A stretch of DNA of 63,903 nucleotides, counting the filler, from Octopus bimaculoides (taxonomy: Eukaryota): assembly GCF_001194135.2 (NCBI RefSeq). It is 5 parts of 5 records of this genome, joined end to end, with 100 filler letters (N's around TTAATTAATTAA, not from the genome) between each part and the next. Parts side by side here need not be neighbours in the genome. Positions count along the whole stretch, not along the records: positions 62,801 to 63,903 come from NC_068989.1; 4 more parts are not named here. One strand, given 5' to 3'. A program made the position numbers and the translations under genes. Positions 62,701-63,903 of this stretch are shown one piece after another (position 1 is the first letter of the stretch; each line of letters opens with the position of its first letter). The notes under the pieces were generated by a model. It was not told where the DNA came from. It did not search any database and worked only from the letters and a program-made list of their open reading frames with translations.

Positions 62701-62800
62701 NNNNNNNNNNNNNNNNNNNNNNNNNNNNNNNNNNNNNNNNNNNNTTAATTAATTAANNNNNNNNNNNNNNNNNNNNNNNNNNNNNNNNNNNNNNNNNNNN
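62701..62800. other. Artificial assembly spacer
   Basis: Identical structure. Confidence 0.95.
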
Positions 62801-63903
62801 TTTTTTTTTTTTTTTTTTTTATTTCCCTAGCTAGCGGATCGGCAAACTTACTCTGATTCATTAAGTACCAGACTTACAAGAACTTTGTTCGATCTGATGC
62901 AACAAAAGCCTCAACGCGGTGCACAGAATAGCCACAGCCCAATGAGTGAATTACGAAACAGAGTGAAAGACTGTAACGACGCTACACTCCCTCAGACAGA
63001 TATACACATACACACAAACATGTCTATAAATACAAGCATACACACACACATNNNNNNNNNNTATATATATGTGTGTGTGTGTCTGTGTGTGTGTGTGTGT
63101 GTGTGTGTATAATATATATATATATGCGTGTGTGCATGTGTGTGTGTATGTCTGTCCTCCCAACGTCGCTTGACAACCGCTGCTGGTGTGTTTGCGTCCC
63201 CGTAACTTAGCGGTGCGGCAAAATAGACCGATAGAATAAGTGCTAGGCTTACGAAGAATAACTCCTGAGATTCGATTTGCTCGGCTAAAGGTGGTACCCC
63301 AGCATGGCCGCAGTCAAATGACTAAAGCAAATAAAAGGATACACACACACGCACACACATATATATATGTAAGTATGTATGAATGTTCGCACATGCACAA
63401 AAACGCACAGACAGTGCGTGCACAGGATGAGGCTTGGTCTGCAATATCTGCCGACGTGTATGTTTATCAAGGTCACGCCTCATTAGTCGAAGTATGCACT
63501 ATGTTCTTTATGAATGCACTATGTTCTTTATTGCTGGTGATGACCTTCCTGAATCACGAGTGTCAGCCATGGTGCCAAGTATATAAGCGCACAGCACCGC
63601 TGTTTTTTCAAGAAATTTACTTTTTAACCACGTGGTCTCGTACTCAGGACCACTGCGCTGCAAAATGCGTTCGCTAAGTTGTTTTTACTTTAGCTCCGGG
63701 CCATTTAAAACCGACCTTGTGAGTGAATTTGTAGACGGAAAATGTGCGGAATCTCTTCATCTATATATGCAGAACTTTTCGCTTGTAGCACTTGAACAAG
63801 TAAGCTATATATGCAAATATATGTGTTTCTGTGTGCGCGCCTCTATGTCTGCGCGTACGCATCATTACGGTTATCTTTCACTTCTTGATAAGTGGCGTTG
63901 TCT

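Overview
Repeat-saturated, AT-rich animal genomic DNA. The SINE/LINE families and microsatellite load resemble an Octopus (coleoid cephalopod) genome; this is inference, not verified. The window is a patchwork of five assembly blocks joined by an artificial 100-bp spacer (N44-TTAATTAATTAA-N44). The only host gene I can support is the 5' half of a eukaryotic threonyl-tRNA synthetase on the minus strand (54220 to 31544, 10 exons, 352 codons, all splice phases consistent), and it is cut off by a scaffold join. Main result: the gene has two alternative first coding exons 55 bp apart. One encodes an acidic cytosolic-type N-terminus and can only be spliced in frame through a non-canonical GC donor. 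The other encodes a mitochondrial-presequence-like peptide and ends in a consensus GTGAGT donor. This suggests one gene makes both cytosolic and mitochondrial ThrRS through a splice-site/uORF switch. Also present: several hammerhead-ribozyme motifs in Penelope-like fragments (one near-intact and in sense inside a ThrRS intron), a PBS-less LTR element beside the promoter, R4/Dong and RTE LINEs, a Gypsy element, Merlin, Tc1/mariner and piggyBac-type DNA transposons, three tRNA-derived SINE families and many microsatellites. Transposon boundaries are approximate unless TSDs or TIRs are quoted.
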